Made by a program: the position numbers and the translations under genes | Assembly: GCA_964016885.1 (NCBI GenBank) | Contig: OZ024745.1 | Span: forward strand, 116,188,001-116,252,000 | Direction: 5' to 3' | Length of the DNA stretch: 64,000 nt | From: Eledone cirrhosa | Taxonomy: Eukaryota | The notes under the pieces: model-generated | What the model saw: only the letters and a program-made list of their open reading frames with translations | Told to the model about the DNA's origin: nothing | Databases searched by the model: none | Part shown: piece by piece, positions 39,218 to 52,090 of the stretch | Position numbering within the stretch: the first letter of the stretch is position 1 | How the letters are laid out: each line of letters starts with the position of its first letter

Positions 39218-41261
39218 TATTTAGATCTTCTTTTCCAACGTTTGGCCGAGACGGTATTATCATCAACCTCAGCAAGTGCCTTCTCGGCGTTGCTTCACTG
39301 TCCTTTCTCGAGCACATCATTGATAAAGACGGCATTCGTCCACTTCCTGGGAAAGTAGAAGCTATCCGCAATTTTGCCGCACCTACATCACTTCGGAACT
39401 GCGTGAATTCCTCGGTTTGGTGAATTTCTATAGGCGTTTCATCCCTCATTGTGCCGACGCAGCCAGACTCCTCACGGACCTTCTTCGCAACCAGACTCGG
39501 AGAATCGGAGACATCACTCTGAACAAGGAAGGACTAACATCTTTCAACCGCCTGAAGGAAATGTTGGCAAACGTTTCCATGCTCGTTTTCCCCAGCTCTG
39601 GCGCTCCTCTTTCGCTGCTAGTGGACGCATCAGACACGGCGGTTGGAGGCGTTTTATAACAATATGTCGACGACCCTTATCCTTCTTTTCTAAGCGGTTG
39701 CAACCTGCAGAAACCGAATACAGTACGTTTGGCCGCGAACTCTTGGCAACCTACCTTTCAGTTAAACATTTTCGTCACATGCTCGAAGGATCGGATTTTG
39801 TGATCTACACGGACCATAAACCACTAGTTTATGCGTTCCGTACCAAACCTGATCGACATTCACCAAGAGAACTCCGCCACCTGGATTTTGTCTCCCAATA
39901 TTCGACTGATATTCGGCATTTCAAGGGATCGGACAACGTAGCATCCGACGCCCTGTCCCGAATACAGCTGAACGCAATACATATACATTCAGGCATCGAG
40001 CTTCAACAGATTGCAGCTGACCAAGAGACTGACGAAGAGTTTATCAAGCTACCAGATTCGCCATCCCTCAAGTTTCAGCAAGTTCCCATTCCTTCTTATC
40101 CGGGACAAATTTGGTACGACCTTTCTACCGGTCATCAACGACCGTATGTACCACAGATGCATCGTCGACAAGTTTTTTATGCCTTACACTGTTTGTCTCA
40201 CCTGGGAATCCGGGCTACACAGAAACTCATCTCTACTCGTTTTGTGTGGACTAACATTAACAAGGACGTGCGCGACTGGTCCAGGAGCTGTATTGCCTGC
40301 CAGAAAGCCAACGTCCACAGACACATCAAAACTCCACTCGGCACATTCGCGCAACCTGATGCACATTTTCATCATGTGCATATCGACATCGTCGGACTTC
40401 TACCACCATCACAGACCTGCACACACTTGCTCTATTTTCCCGTTGGCCTGAGGATTTTTCCATACGTGATACCTCAGCGGAAACAGTCGCTAAAACTTTG
40501 GTTTTACACTGGGTATCACGTTATGGCGCCCCAGCGAAGATAACAATAGACAGAGGACACCAGTTTGACTCCTACCTCTTCAGGGAACTGAAGCGCCTGT
40601 TAGGATGTAAACACATCTGCACGACAGCTTATCACCCGCAAGCTAATGGCCTCGTGGAAAGATTCCATCGCCAAATGAAAGCTGCCATAAAAGCATATCC
40701 AGACAAGACCCACTGGTTTCAATGCCTGCCACTCATCCTTCTGGGCATTCGAACCACAGTTAAGAAGGAATTCGGACACACACCTGCAGAATTAGTGTAC
40801 GGCTGGTTCTACCTGGTCAGATGGTCGCTCTCATCTCTCCTCGGGACTTTCAAGACCCAGGATTATATGTACACCGTCTTCGACAATATATGTCTCACCT
40901 TTCTCCTGCAAGCACCCGTCAACAGAACACGGCCACACATGTACCTTCAGACATTAAAGATTGGACACACGTTTTCGTTCGAAACGACACCATCTCAGCT
41001 CATCTTCGACCTCCATATTCTGGCCCTTACCGTGTTCTAAAAAAATATCAGAAATATTTTATTCTCGATCTAGATAGTAAACAGAATTCTGTCAGCGTGG
41101 ACAGATTAAAAGAAGCCATCATGGATACTGTTACAGTCTCTACACCAGAAGCTCCAACAGATTGCTGTCCCAGCAAGCCACCTGTTTCATCTCCAGTCAC
41201 GGGAAGTGGACGACGTGTCCATTGGCCCGACAAGTTGGCACAATATGTGAATTACCGTTAA
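39218..41261 (+). pseudogene. Gypsy/Ty3 pol remnant: RT C-terminus, RNase H, integrase
   Basis: [14 protein letters not shown]; VDASDTAVGGVL; YSTFGRELLA..IYTDHKPL; H..HLG..CIACQK; TTAYHPQANGLVERFHR; LRPPYSGPYRV; several frameshifts. Confidence 0.93.
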
Positions 41262-42145
41262 CCTCAAGTGAGTTTCTCAATCATTCTTCTTGCAAAACAT
41301 TTCTACTTTCCTTGAGATTACTATTTCCAGTTTCAAATACAATGAACTTTCTGCTTGAACAAGTGCAATTTTTAGCGACCATGTGCTCATATCACGAAGA
41401 ACATTATTTATTATGAACATTATCTATTTCAAACACTATTTAAGAACAAACATTGTGTATAGCATTTTTTCTTCTCTCTCTTGGTTTGCAAAATTCTTTC
41501 TATTTTCCATGTTCTGCAATATTAATTGTGTACTTGCTATAATTTTGATATACATACAAGGCGTGTACATATTCTATTTTTCAAGCATACTACACAACCA
41601 CGTTTGTTTCACCTTTCGTTCATACACTGAGCAATAGATATTTTGTCCCTCTAACTCTTACACTACAAAATCTTTTCTCTTTGATCACGCATTTCACAAA
41701 TCGCATCCAAAGAACACTGGCCTTCGTTTTTGCGTACACATTCACTCAATAGCTCGAGAATGCCTCACTATTTTTTTGCATTCGCTCAAGTCATATGCTT
41801 TGGAGCAAACTGTTACTTTTAAGCAACATGCTTACGGCTATTCAGTTCACACATTACGGTTATTTTCACTGCCCTGTTAGACTTTTTGTCACGCAATCCA
41901 CAGGCAGCTCAACCTAAATTGCAACAGGTTCATTCATCATGCCTGAATAAATCTGGTCAAAGTCATTTTATAGTTTTTTTTTCTTCCTGACACACACATC
42001 TTGACATATCATCTCTACATAGACACTGTCCTATTCTCGATGATCACCAAATTTCACAACGTACCGGACACTCCTTGGGCTATTGTTATGACAAATGCAC
42101 CACTGGCACATTACTATACGATGTTTCGCTCTTTTGTTGTACAAA

Positions 42146-42433
42146 AGAACTGGCAGGGGGTTAATGTACAGCCACAGGAAATAACATCTGTGAAATAAAC
42201 AACTCTATCTATCTGCTTAGCTAGCTACCTCACCGTGAAACAAACAACTCTTAAGCCACCAAAATAAAACGGCTATGCAGCGGCTAAACATCAAACGATT
42301 ATTTTTGTATAAATAGAGTGATTCCAAACACTTTCGCCAGTCGACCTTTGGCAGAGTCAGCTCGCGTATCGTTGTCCCTCTCCTTAGCCACGCTTGTCAC
42401 TCACACACGCCAAAATCAAATGCCTATTAAGAC
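42146..42433 (+). mobile_element. Probable polypurine tract and 3' LTR of the Gypsy element
   Basis: gaactggcagggggttaa followed by TGTA at 42165; tataaata box inside; right boundary uncertain. Confidence 0.55.
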
Positions 42434-42434
42434 A

Positions 42435-42477
<43 letters not shown>

Positions 42478-42827
42478 GTGTGTGTAGCAGAGTAATTCGT
42501 GGTAGAGGGATGGTCAGTAGGAATGTGTCTGTACGTGTGTGTGGGATATTTTAACATGTTTAACATATTTTAACATCTTGTCTTATACGGAGAAGTGTGT
42601 GTGTGTATATATGTCTCTTTGTATGTTAATGTACGCGTGTGTATATATGTATATCTATTTTTGAAAAGCAGAAGAACTGCGAAACCGGTAAAGGAACCAA
42701 ATAAATATATATTTAAAAAAAAAAGACTCCAGTTGCATTTTCGATTTCATCTTTTATACCTATACTTTGACTCTTGTAGGACACCTCGTTTTTTTTTCAT
42801 TTTGTAAAAAAACCTCACTTTCTAATA

Positions 42828-42902
<75 letters not shown>

Positions 42903-43669
42903 ATAACAAATTATAGTTGTAGGTAATCCAGTTAGAGGTTGTCAGTAGTCCGTATTGTAGATAGTTTTAAAGTACGGCGTTGTTTGACTCAACGAGAGGT
43001 TTCGATCTTTAGGTAGCGAGTTCGCGAGAATTCCTATGCAGATTATTATTGATATTATTGTTTTGATTCTCCGTTGTATCTATATATACCAATGCCATAT
43101 GTAAAACCTCCAGTATTCCGATGATTTGATCAGAGGTAAACACTGTATTTAAGGTCGAGTGACGCAACTTCGAGTGATTAGCGGCGTTTAGACTCACCTG
43201 ATCAATTAAATAATTGTTAATACTAGAAATAAAACCTTTTTGGACAGCCGAACATGTTATTCTTCAATCTTATCTATTACATCTATCTATGTATATTTAC
43301 ATATACGCCATATAGCCACTGTAGGCATGATAGCATCGCACCGTTTAACCCACACCAAAACAGTTACTATAACACAACCTTCATCAAACCACTGTGTACA
43401 ATGTATGATCACACGTAATCACACGTCCGATTACACACTAATAGTGGGACCCCTAACACACATACACACTGAACCACGGCTATCATGTAGTTATTAATAG
43501 CCATAATAACACTTCGTCTACTTTCCATAAAATAACACAATATATAAGTCACAAGTTAGAATAAGGTCGTAACCATCCCACTAAATGACCATCTCGACAT
43601 AACTATTAGATGTCTTAAAGTATTACACATCATTACTCACGCTAAACAACACCACTATATAACAGTATT

Positions 43670-43850
43670 GGTGGATTGGCAGTATCGGTAGAGGGTCGGA
43701 CGCCATGCTTTCAAGCATAGTTACGTCCCTTTACGATCTGAGTTCAAATCCCGCCGAGGTTGACTTTGCCTTTCATCCTTACGGGGTCGATAAAATAAAG
43801 TACCAATAATGCACTGGGTAATTGCTGCTTAAAGTAGAAACAAGTATTAT
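43670..43850 (+). mobile_element. SINE family A
   Basis: Near-consensus copy with a small tail deletion. Confidence 0.88.
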
Positions 43851-43859
43851 CTATTAGAG

Positions 43860-44165
43860 CAGGGGCGTACAACAGGCGGCCCGCGGGCCACAATCCGGCC
43901 CGCCAGACCAGTCAGAGTGGTCCGCGATGACCGTTTTTAATTGTTACCTTGTAGGCTTATTTAGAATATTTTTCGTAACCGTAATACAATTTTCTGTCTA
44001 AAGGACTTCACTGATAGGGCTATGTGTGTTATAATTTCCCAGTTCCATCTTATGGAAAGAAGTTGTGGGAAATCTTTGGAATTGTGTTTAATAAACATTA
44101 ATCGCTCTAATAGTTGTTCCAATGTTCAAAAGTGGCCCGCCAATCGAATGTGTTGCACATCCCTG
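43860..44165. mobile_element. hAT (Charlie-like) MITE
   Basis: Termini caggggcgtacaac / gttgcacatccctg; perfect 8-bp TSD tattagag; subterminal ggcccgcgggcc. Confidence 0.9.
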
Positions 44166-44438
44166 TATTAGAGTAATCGGCTTAAACTCTCTTACTAAAC
44201 ATCTACTTCCTACTGTCCAATAAAATAACACTTCTCGCTCCTACTTACTCGTCGAAATTCATATGTACCTTTATCCATATATTACTTTAAAATGTAAAGA
44301 TTCACCCTTTTACCCTTTTACCAGTTCCAGCCATCCGGCTGAGGCCATACTAAGAAGCTTTTCACAATTGTTTTAACATTTAAGATCCAAACTTCAAAAT
44401 CACCATCTTCTCATTCAAAGGAGGTAGATCGAGGTAGA

Positions 44439-44815
44439 TCCCTCGTCTGGGACGCCACATGTTGTCACACGTTCTCCGCCCCTAACTTAGTCGCTTTGGC
44501 CACAATCTCCGCTACTTCAGCCCGCCATGCAGAAGAAAGGAAGATAAACAAATACCGGGGATTAGCCGGCCGCTTCCTCTTCACACTTGCCACTGTCGAT
44601 ACCTCAGGAGTACTTGGACCCCGTACTTCCTAGCTCCTCCGGAAGAACGGAACGTCAGCAGCCCGAATGATGAAGGAGACCCAGCAGGTGTCGCTGGCTA
44701 TTGCCGGCGGGAATGCTTTTGCGGTTTTATTCGCGAGGCGCAGCCACATTACCACCGCACCCTAGGACCAGCGCCCATTCACCCTCCCCTTTCCTCTCCC
44801 CACATACCTGTGACA
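44439..44815 (-). mobile_element. LTR (44463-44815) followed by a tRNA primer-binding site
   Basis: Minus strand TGTCAC...GTGACA termini, internal AATAAA, then TGGCGTCCCAGACGAGGGA. Confidence 0.7.
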
Positions 44816-45676
44816 CTAGAGCCCTTGCCATTCCCTTGTCGTTCCCTTGCTTTTTTATATTTTCTCATTTTACATTCCATTCATTCTTCTCATGGTTTAA
44901 GTTAGAGAGATTTAAACAACTTTAATGTAAATCTAAACATATGTATGAGTGTATATGTATGACGTCCAAACTAGTATCCTCCACCTTTTGATCCGACCGT
45001 GGGGAGATAGAAAACTAGAATATATTCCCCGGAGATCGGCAAGGGAGAAGCATTGGAACAGCCACTGAGGTCCGCTCCGATAGAAGCTTTTGAAAATAGG
45101 TTAGTCGGAAATTTTTTTATAAAAAGAATATTATGAAAATTCGTTAAATAGAAAATATCTACGCACAAAAAGCAACAACTATTATAGCAACTAATATATA
45201 ATCGGCAAACTGTACACTCTATAGTAGTTCCCTTAAAGGGAATTACATTTACAATACATGGCTTTGGATCTTACTAAATTATAACTTAAATATAAATACG
45301 GTATAAGTATAACTTAAAATATGTATCATAAATAAACTCGTTATCCCTTATTTCGTCACATTCCATATTTCCCTGTAGCTACCACTACAATATAACCGGT
45401 AAATTATACGTTAAAATACCATAGGCATCAGACAAACTAAACCAGAATGTGCCAACGGAAAAGCAGCTACCTTGTTACTTGGTTTTGATTTTTAAATCCT
45501 ATTGAATACCGTATTAGATTACCAGCAAACCAAGTTAGAAGCGATGTACAGACAATCCTTACATGTATATTCTTAAATAATCACTCGCAAAATTTCTATT
45601 TCTAACAGAATTTGTTAGATTTTACAATATTTGTGTTATTTTCGTTTTATAAAATCTATCTAGCAACACTGGAAGC

Positions 45677-45756
45677 GATTTCTACAGCATTTATTATCAT
45701 TACCTATCACACCTACTAAACCTACTGAATCATTACTCTTATGCTGTACACACTCA

Positions 45757-45831
<75 letters not shown>

Positions 45832-45958
45832 ACACACTTTTAATTTATATATATATATAAATATAAGTGTATGTATATATATATGTGTGTGTCTATACAG
45901 CTTGAGAGTAATGGTTTAGTAGAAGCGATAGGTAGTGATAATAAATGCTGTAGATATC
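45677..45958. repeat. Inverted repeat (about 75 bp) enclosing (TA)n
   Basis: tctacagcatttattatcattacctatc vs gataggtagtgataataaatgctgtaga. Confidence 0.85.
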
Positions 45959-46351
45959 ACTATAATATAGTGATATATATATAGAGAGAGACTAGCATGT
46001 AATACTATTATCAATTCACTATTTTCATGTAAACACGTTTACAGAATAGTATCACATATTCTAATCAATCAACGTCCACTCATGTCAATACAAATACCTG
46101 CCACTATACAACGATACCTCTATACACTATATACTCTCTACAGTCACAAGATTTCAATCATTATAATTCTTCTAATCTTTATGTCACAATATAGAATCAA
46201 TTCCACTAAATAATCATCTCCATATAATTATTATATGTATTGCAGCATTGCACACCATCACCCACGCTAAACAACACCTCCTTATAAAAATACTATTCAT
46301 TACAGCAGCAGGCTCAATTCATCTTAATAAATTAATTTTCTATATAACTAT

Positions 46352-46455
46352 TATATGTAATATAATAGTTACATGTAATATAATAACACAAGGCTTTATA
46401 TGTAATATAATAGCACAAGGCTTTATATGTAATATAATAGCACAAGGCTTTATAA
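46352..46455. repeat. 27-bp tandem repeat, about 3-4 copies
   Basis: atatgtaatataatagcacaaggcttt repeated. Confidence 0.8.
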
Positions 46456-46774
46456 CTGTCACACATTTGTCACCTCAATAGATATATACATATCAGGCTC
46501 TATCATCGCTACAAATATACTACTGTTTTATTACTTATATATACAAAATAATAGCAGTCCTTATTGTCCGCACTAAAGTACTACCTCCATATGACTTTGG
46601 TATGCAATTTTAACTAAGCTCCCTCACTCTCACTAAATTATCCGTCCGTGTAAATACTATAGTATTACACCGTATCACTCACCTTAAGCTAACTCCGTAT
46701 ACAAGAATTATGTACGATATAGTATCAGGTTTAGTTACCTCTACTAAACCACCACCTCTCAAACACTAACCTTC

Positions 46775-48420
46775 TACTAAACCACCACCTCTCTATATTT
46801 GTGATATAGAATATGGAATCAAACCACCACCTCTATATATCTGTGATATAGTATATGGTATCAACTACCATCTCTCTATATCTGTGATATAGTATATGGT
46901 ATCAACTACCATCTCTCTATATCTGTGATATAGTATATGGTATCAACTACCACCTCTCTATATCTGTGATATAGAATAATGTATCAAACTACCACCTCTC
47001 TATATGTGATATAGTATATGGTATCAACTACCATCTCTCTATATCTGTGATATAGAATATGGTATCAGACTACCACCTCTCTATATCTGTGATATAGAAT
47101 ATGGTATCAGACTACCACCTCTCTATATCTGTGATATAGAATATGGTATCAAACCACCACCTCTATATATCTGTGATATAGAATATGGTATCAACCAGCA
47201 CCTCTCTATATCTGTGATATAGAATATGGTATCAACCAGCACCTCTCTATATCTGTGATATAGAATATGGTATCAAACTACCACCTCTCTATATCTGTGA
47301 TATAGAATATGGTATCAACCAGCACCTCTCTATATCTGTGATATAGAATATGGTATCAAACCAGCACCTCTCTATATATGTGATATAGAATATGGTATCA
47401 AACCACCACCTCTCTATATGTGATATAGAATATGGTATCAAACTACCATCTCTCTATATCTGTGATATAGAATATGGTATCAACCAGTACCTCTCTATAT
47501 CTGTGATATAGAATATGGTATCAAACCACCACCTCTCTATATCTGTGATATAGAATATGGTATCAAACCACCACCTCTCTATATGTGATATAGAATATGG
47601 TATCAAACTACCACCTCTCTATATATGTGATATAGAATATGGTATCAAACCACCACCTCTCTATATATGTGATATAGAATATGGTATCAAACCACCACCT
47701 CTCTATATCTGTGATATAGTATATGGTATCAACTACCACCTCTCTATATCTGTGATATAGAATATGGTATCAGACTACCATCTCTATATATCTGTGATAT
47801 AGAATATGGTATCAGACTACCATCTCTATATATCTGTGATATAGAATATGGTATCAGACTAACATCTCTCTATATATGTGATATAGAATATGGTATCAAA
47901 CTACCACTTCTCTATATATGTGATATAGAATATGGTATCAAACCACCACCTCTCTATATCTGTGATATAGAATATGGTATCAAACCACCACCTCTCTATA
48001 TCTGTGATATAGAATATGGTATCAAACCACCACCTCTCTATATATGTGATATAGAATATGGTATTAAACCAGCACCTCTCTATATCTGTGATATAGAATA
48101 TGGAATCAACTAGCATCTCTCTCTATATATATCTGTGATATAGAATATGGTATCAACTACCGCCTCTATATCTGTGATATAGAATATAGTATCAAACTAC
48201 CACCTCTCTATATCTGTGATATAGAATATGGTATCAACTAGCACCTCTCTATATCTGTGATATAGAATATGGTATCAAACACTAACCTCCTATTAAACTA
48301 CCACCTCTATATATCTGTGATATAGAATATGGTATCAAACTACCACCTCTCTATATCTGTGATATAAAATATAGTATCAAACACTAACCTCCTACTAAAC
48401 TACCACCTCTATATATCTGT
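46775..48420. repeat. 40-42-bp minisatellite, about 39 copies
   Basis: Unit aaaccaccacctctctatatctgtgatatagaatatggtatc. Confidence 0.97.
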
Positions 48421-48655
48421 CATATACGATATAGTAGAATACCCATCACCTCTTACTAAACTTCCAGGTCTATATATCTGGTACTCTCAGTTTCTCTCAC
48501 TGCTACCAAATCACTGTCTTCTTATATCTGATTTCATATACAATATAGTAAGAACCCAATCACCCCTCACTGTTGTATACAATATAATATGTGTGTGAGA
48601 GAGAGAGATAGAGAGAGGGTGTGTGTGTGTGTGAGAGAAATAGATAGAGATAGAG

Positions 48656-48686
<31 letters not shown>

Positions 48687-48724
48687 AAGAGAATGTATAG
48701 TAAGAACACCTAATCACCCCTAAT

Positions 48725-49030
48725 TAACCTCCACGTCTATATCACTGTTACATAGTATCAGGTCTGTCAGTCCTACTAAAGCCCACCTCTATATAATTGT
48801 TATATAATATAGTATCAGGCCTGTCAGTCCTACTAAAGCCCACCTCTATATAATTGTTATATAATATAGTATCAGGCCTGTCAGTCCTACTAAAGCCCAC
48901 CTCTATATAATTGTTATATAATATAGTATCAGGCCTGTCAGTCCTACTAAAGCCCACCTCTATATAACTGTTATATAATATAGTATCAGGTTCGGTTACT
49001 CTAACCAAACCACGGCCTCGATATCACTGT
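48725..49030. repeat. 57-bp minisatellite, about 4-5 copies
   Basis: Unit atagtatcaggcctgtcagtcctactaaagcccacctctatataattgttatataat. Confidence 0.95.
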
Positions 49031-49622
49031 TATATAAAATATAATATCAAACTTTATCACTACTATCACTTTTATGTCATGCTCATAAACATAATAGATG
49101 TTGGACTCCCACTACATCACACCTCTATATCACTGTTATATACAATATAGAACCAGACTCTATCAATCCCACTAAATCCCACATATATGTTAGTATATAT
49201 ACAATATAGTATTAGAGTATGTCACTCCTACAAAACCCTTACCTCTATATAACTTGTATATACAGTTCAGTCAGTGCAAAAGCCTCTGTGAAGTCCATCG
49301 ACTTGTTAGAAATTGACACCAAAGTTTCCTCAAATTACACTCCACCATCTTAGAAAAAAACATGTTATTAATGTGCAATGTGTTTCATTCTGAATAGGGA
49401 AATATACGGGAGAGCCACGCCTGGAATATTTCTGATTATAGGTTTCCTATATCTGATGTTAATATGCTACAATAATATTGCTATCGATAGACCGTACTGT
49501 CTCATACCACATTACTCCCACAAAAGCACACCTTCCGTATAATTCCATTGTTCTATAAATTATCGGACACCATTGCAATGAAAGCAAGAAATTCATATAA
49601 ACAAACTCTAGTGTATTATGTA

Positions 49623-49707
49623 AAACTGTCAGAGCTAGTGAAATCAGGCCGATCAGTCACTGTCTATTTTTGAAAATAGCATATATTTTCACTAGCTCTG
49701 ACAGTTT
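49623..49707. repeat. 21-bp perfect inverted repeat
   Basis: aaactgtcagagctagtgaaa ... tttcactagctctgacagttt. Confidence 0.85.
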
Positions 49708-49724
49708 GGCGGGTGAACAGTCAG

Positions 49725-49768
49725 CTGTACTGATGAAGGTTGAAACCCAGAAACATTAGTGTCTGCAG
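49725..49768 (+). ncRNA. Candidate hammerhead ribozyme
   Basis: ctgta-CTGATGA-aggttgaaaccca-GAAA-ca ttag tg-TC-tgcag; stem II closure imperfect. Confidence 0.6.
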
Positions 49769-50349
49769 ATTTCTGTTCGCATCGCAACACAAGAGCAAGA
49801 AAGAAGTGTCCATTCTACTGATATGGCTATAAAAATGAGGCTTGTTTGCATAATTGCAAACGAATCGAATGTTATTATTAATATTCGAAAAACTCAGATT
49901 ACATTTGATCAAGAGAATGATCAAGGGAATCATTTGTTGCAAGAAACCTTATTTAGATAAAGTTTCATATACTTAAAATACATGTGCAGATACATGTTTA
50001 GTGTAAGAAACATTATTTTAATTATATATATATATACTTACACACACATACATATACATATACATATACATATAGATGCACGTGTTTGTGTAATTCTATC
50101 AATCAAAAGTGTCTTTCTTGATGGAGATATTTAAAAGCATTATTGCGATTATTTATATAACTATTACGGTAATGCACCAATATAAAATCTCATTTCAACC
50201 CTAACCAGTATAACCCGACTTACAAGCAATGTATATCTGGCACAACTTTATATTACACATCCATATATTCTCGGTAGTTTATACACTGTAAGATCTCATC
50301 TTCTCCACCCGAACCTAAAACATGTAAATTATCTGTGCTGTATATAATC

Positions 50350-50670
50350 GGAAGGCGAGTGGCTTTGAGGTTAGTATTCGGATCACGATCGTAAGGTCGT
50401 GACTTTGATTCCCGGTAACGCGCTGTGTTCTTGAGCAAGACACTTTATTTAACGTTGCTCCAGTCCACTCAGCTGGCAAAATGAGTTGTACCTGTAATTC
50501 AAATTGTCTGCCTTGTCACATACTGTGACACGCTGAATCTCCCTGAGAACTACGTTAAATGTATGCGTGTTTGTGGGATGTTTAGCCACTTGCACGTTAA
50601 TTTCACGAGCAGACTGTTCCGTTGATCGGATCAACGTGAACACTCGTCGTCGTAACCGACGGAGTGCCTT
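50350..50670 (+). mobile_element. SINE family B (tail type ii)
   Basis: tRNA-like head, family B core, tail ending cgtaaccgacggagtgcc. Confidence 0.8.
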
Positions 50671-50775
50671 CGACTTCCATATAATCGGAAAATATATAAA
50701 CTATATGTGTGAGAGTATAGCATCAATTACCTTCACCGCCATTTTCTTTTTAACATTAAATATATTAGAGTAACA

Positions 50776-50777
<2 letters not shown>

Positions 50778-50844
<67 letters not shown>

Positions 50845-50919
50845 ATCTCTCTCTCTCTATCTCTCTATTTCTCTTTCGCTCCATCTCTCTCTCTTACTCA
50901 CTCTCTCTCTCACTGACTC

Positions 50920-50953
<34 letters not shown>

Positions 50954-51065
50954 TCTATCTCTATCTATCTATCTATTTCTCTTTCGCTCTCCCTCTCACT
51001 CACTCTCTCACTCACACTCTCTATCTATCGAACTTTCGCTCTCTCTCTCTCTCTCCCTCTCTTAT
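50778..51065. repeat. (TC)n-rich microsatellite
   Basis: Direct reading. Confidence 0.95.
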
Positions 51066-51860
51066 TCACGGTCTCACTCTACCTGCTCTTCCAAAGAGCT
51101 ACCGTATCGAGTGCTGTACCCTAACAACTCTCTCCTACTAAACGTCCACTTTCATCAAAACACTCTAGACATGCTAACACACTCACAAACTTCTCAATAA
51201 TCAGCCATTATATTTACTTCATACCACCCAATTATTTCAGTTCATCCATCACCACACCATCAATATACCTAACATGTAGAATATAGCAAAACACCGATAC
51301 AAGATAATTAAATAAATATATTTATATAATCAAACAGTAATATACAATCCCCCAAACTTTCCATTTCACAGTTTATGAGATTCCAGTATTTACCGCATTG
51401 CGCGCTCAGCATGGTCACAGTATGAAACTAGCTACGCTCTGAAAACAATAAACATTATATTTTTAAAATGTGTAAACTATGAACTAATGATGCAATAAAC
51501 ATATATTCATCTAAAATATGATACAACAGCAAACTGTCGTCAAATATATGAATCTATTAAGTTTATGTTTCTCATTAATACGTTTGCTCCATTTATTGGA
51601 CATTTTAAAGTATATTCTCTACTTTAAATCCATAGCTTAAATTTATTATTAAAACCTCCAATGTATATATATAAAGAATAAAATATACTTATATATTTTT
51701 AATTCATTAGTTTTTACATTTTGCACAAACAACATTAAAATATAATTTTCTCGAAAATGTGTGGTCGGTAGACATTCTTTGGAAATCAATGATGTATTTT
51801 GTTTTAAATCCTTCCTACACAGGCTCCATAAAACATCATATAACTGTCATATATATATAT

Positions 51861-51978
51861 GAAAAGAGTCAGGACTCTGACGGCTGAGCTCCGGCTGTTT
51901 CGACAGCTAGATCCGAATGCGTTTGGATCCAGCTGTCGAAACGGCCGAAGCTCAGCCGTCGGAGTCCCGACTCTTTTC
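51861..51978. repeat. 57-bp-arm hairpin carrying the 3' half of an HHR, between (TA)n tracts
   Basis: Arms reverse-complementary with few mismatches; cGAAA-cggc..gccg-TC-ggagtc on right arm. Confidence 0.85.
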
Positions 51979-52058
51979 CTATTACCCACTCTACTAACCT
52001 TACTATTGTGTACTCTGATGCGTTATGGTCCACCTGGTATCTTACCACAGCCTTTTTG

Positions 52059-52089
<31 letters not shown>

Positions 52090-52090
<1 letters not shown>

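Noticed and set aside
46775-48420. CRISPR-like look of hairpin-containing 42-bp repeats
   Set aside because: Units are contiguous with no unique spacers, there are no cas genes and the context is eukaryotic; it is a minisatellite.
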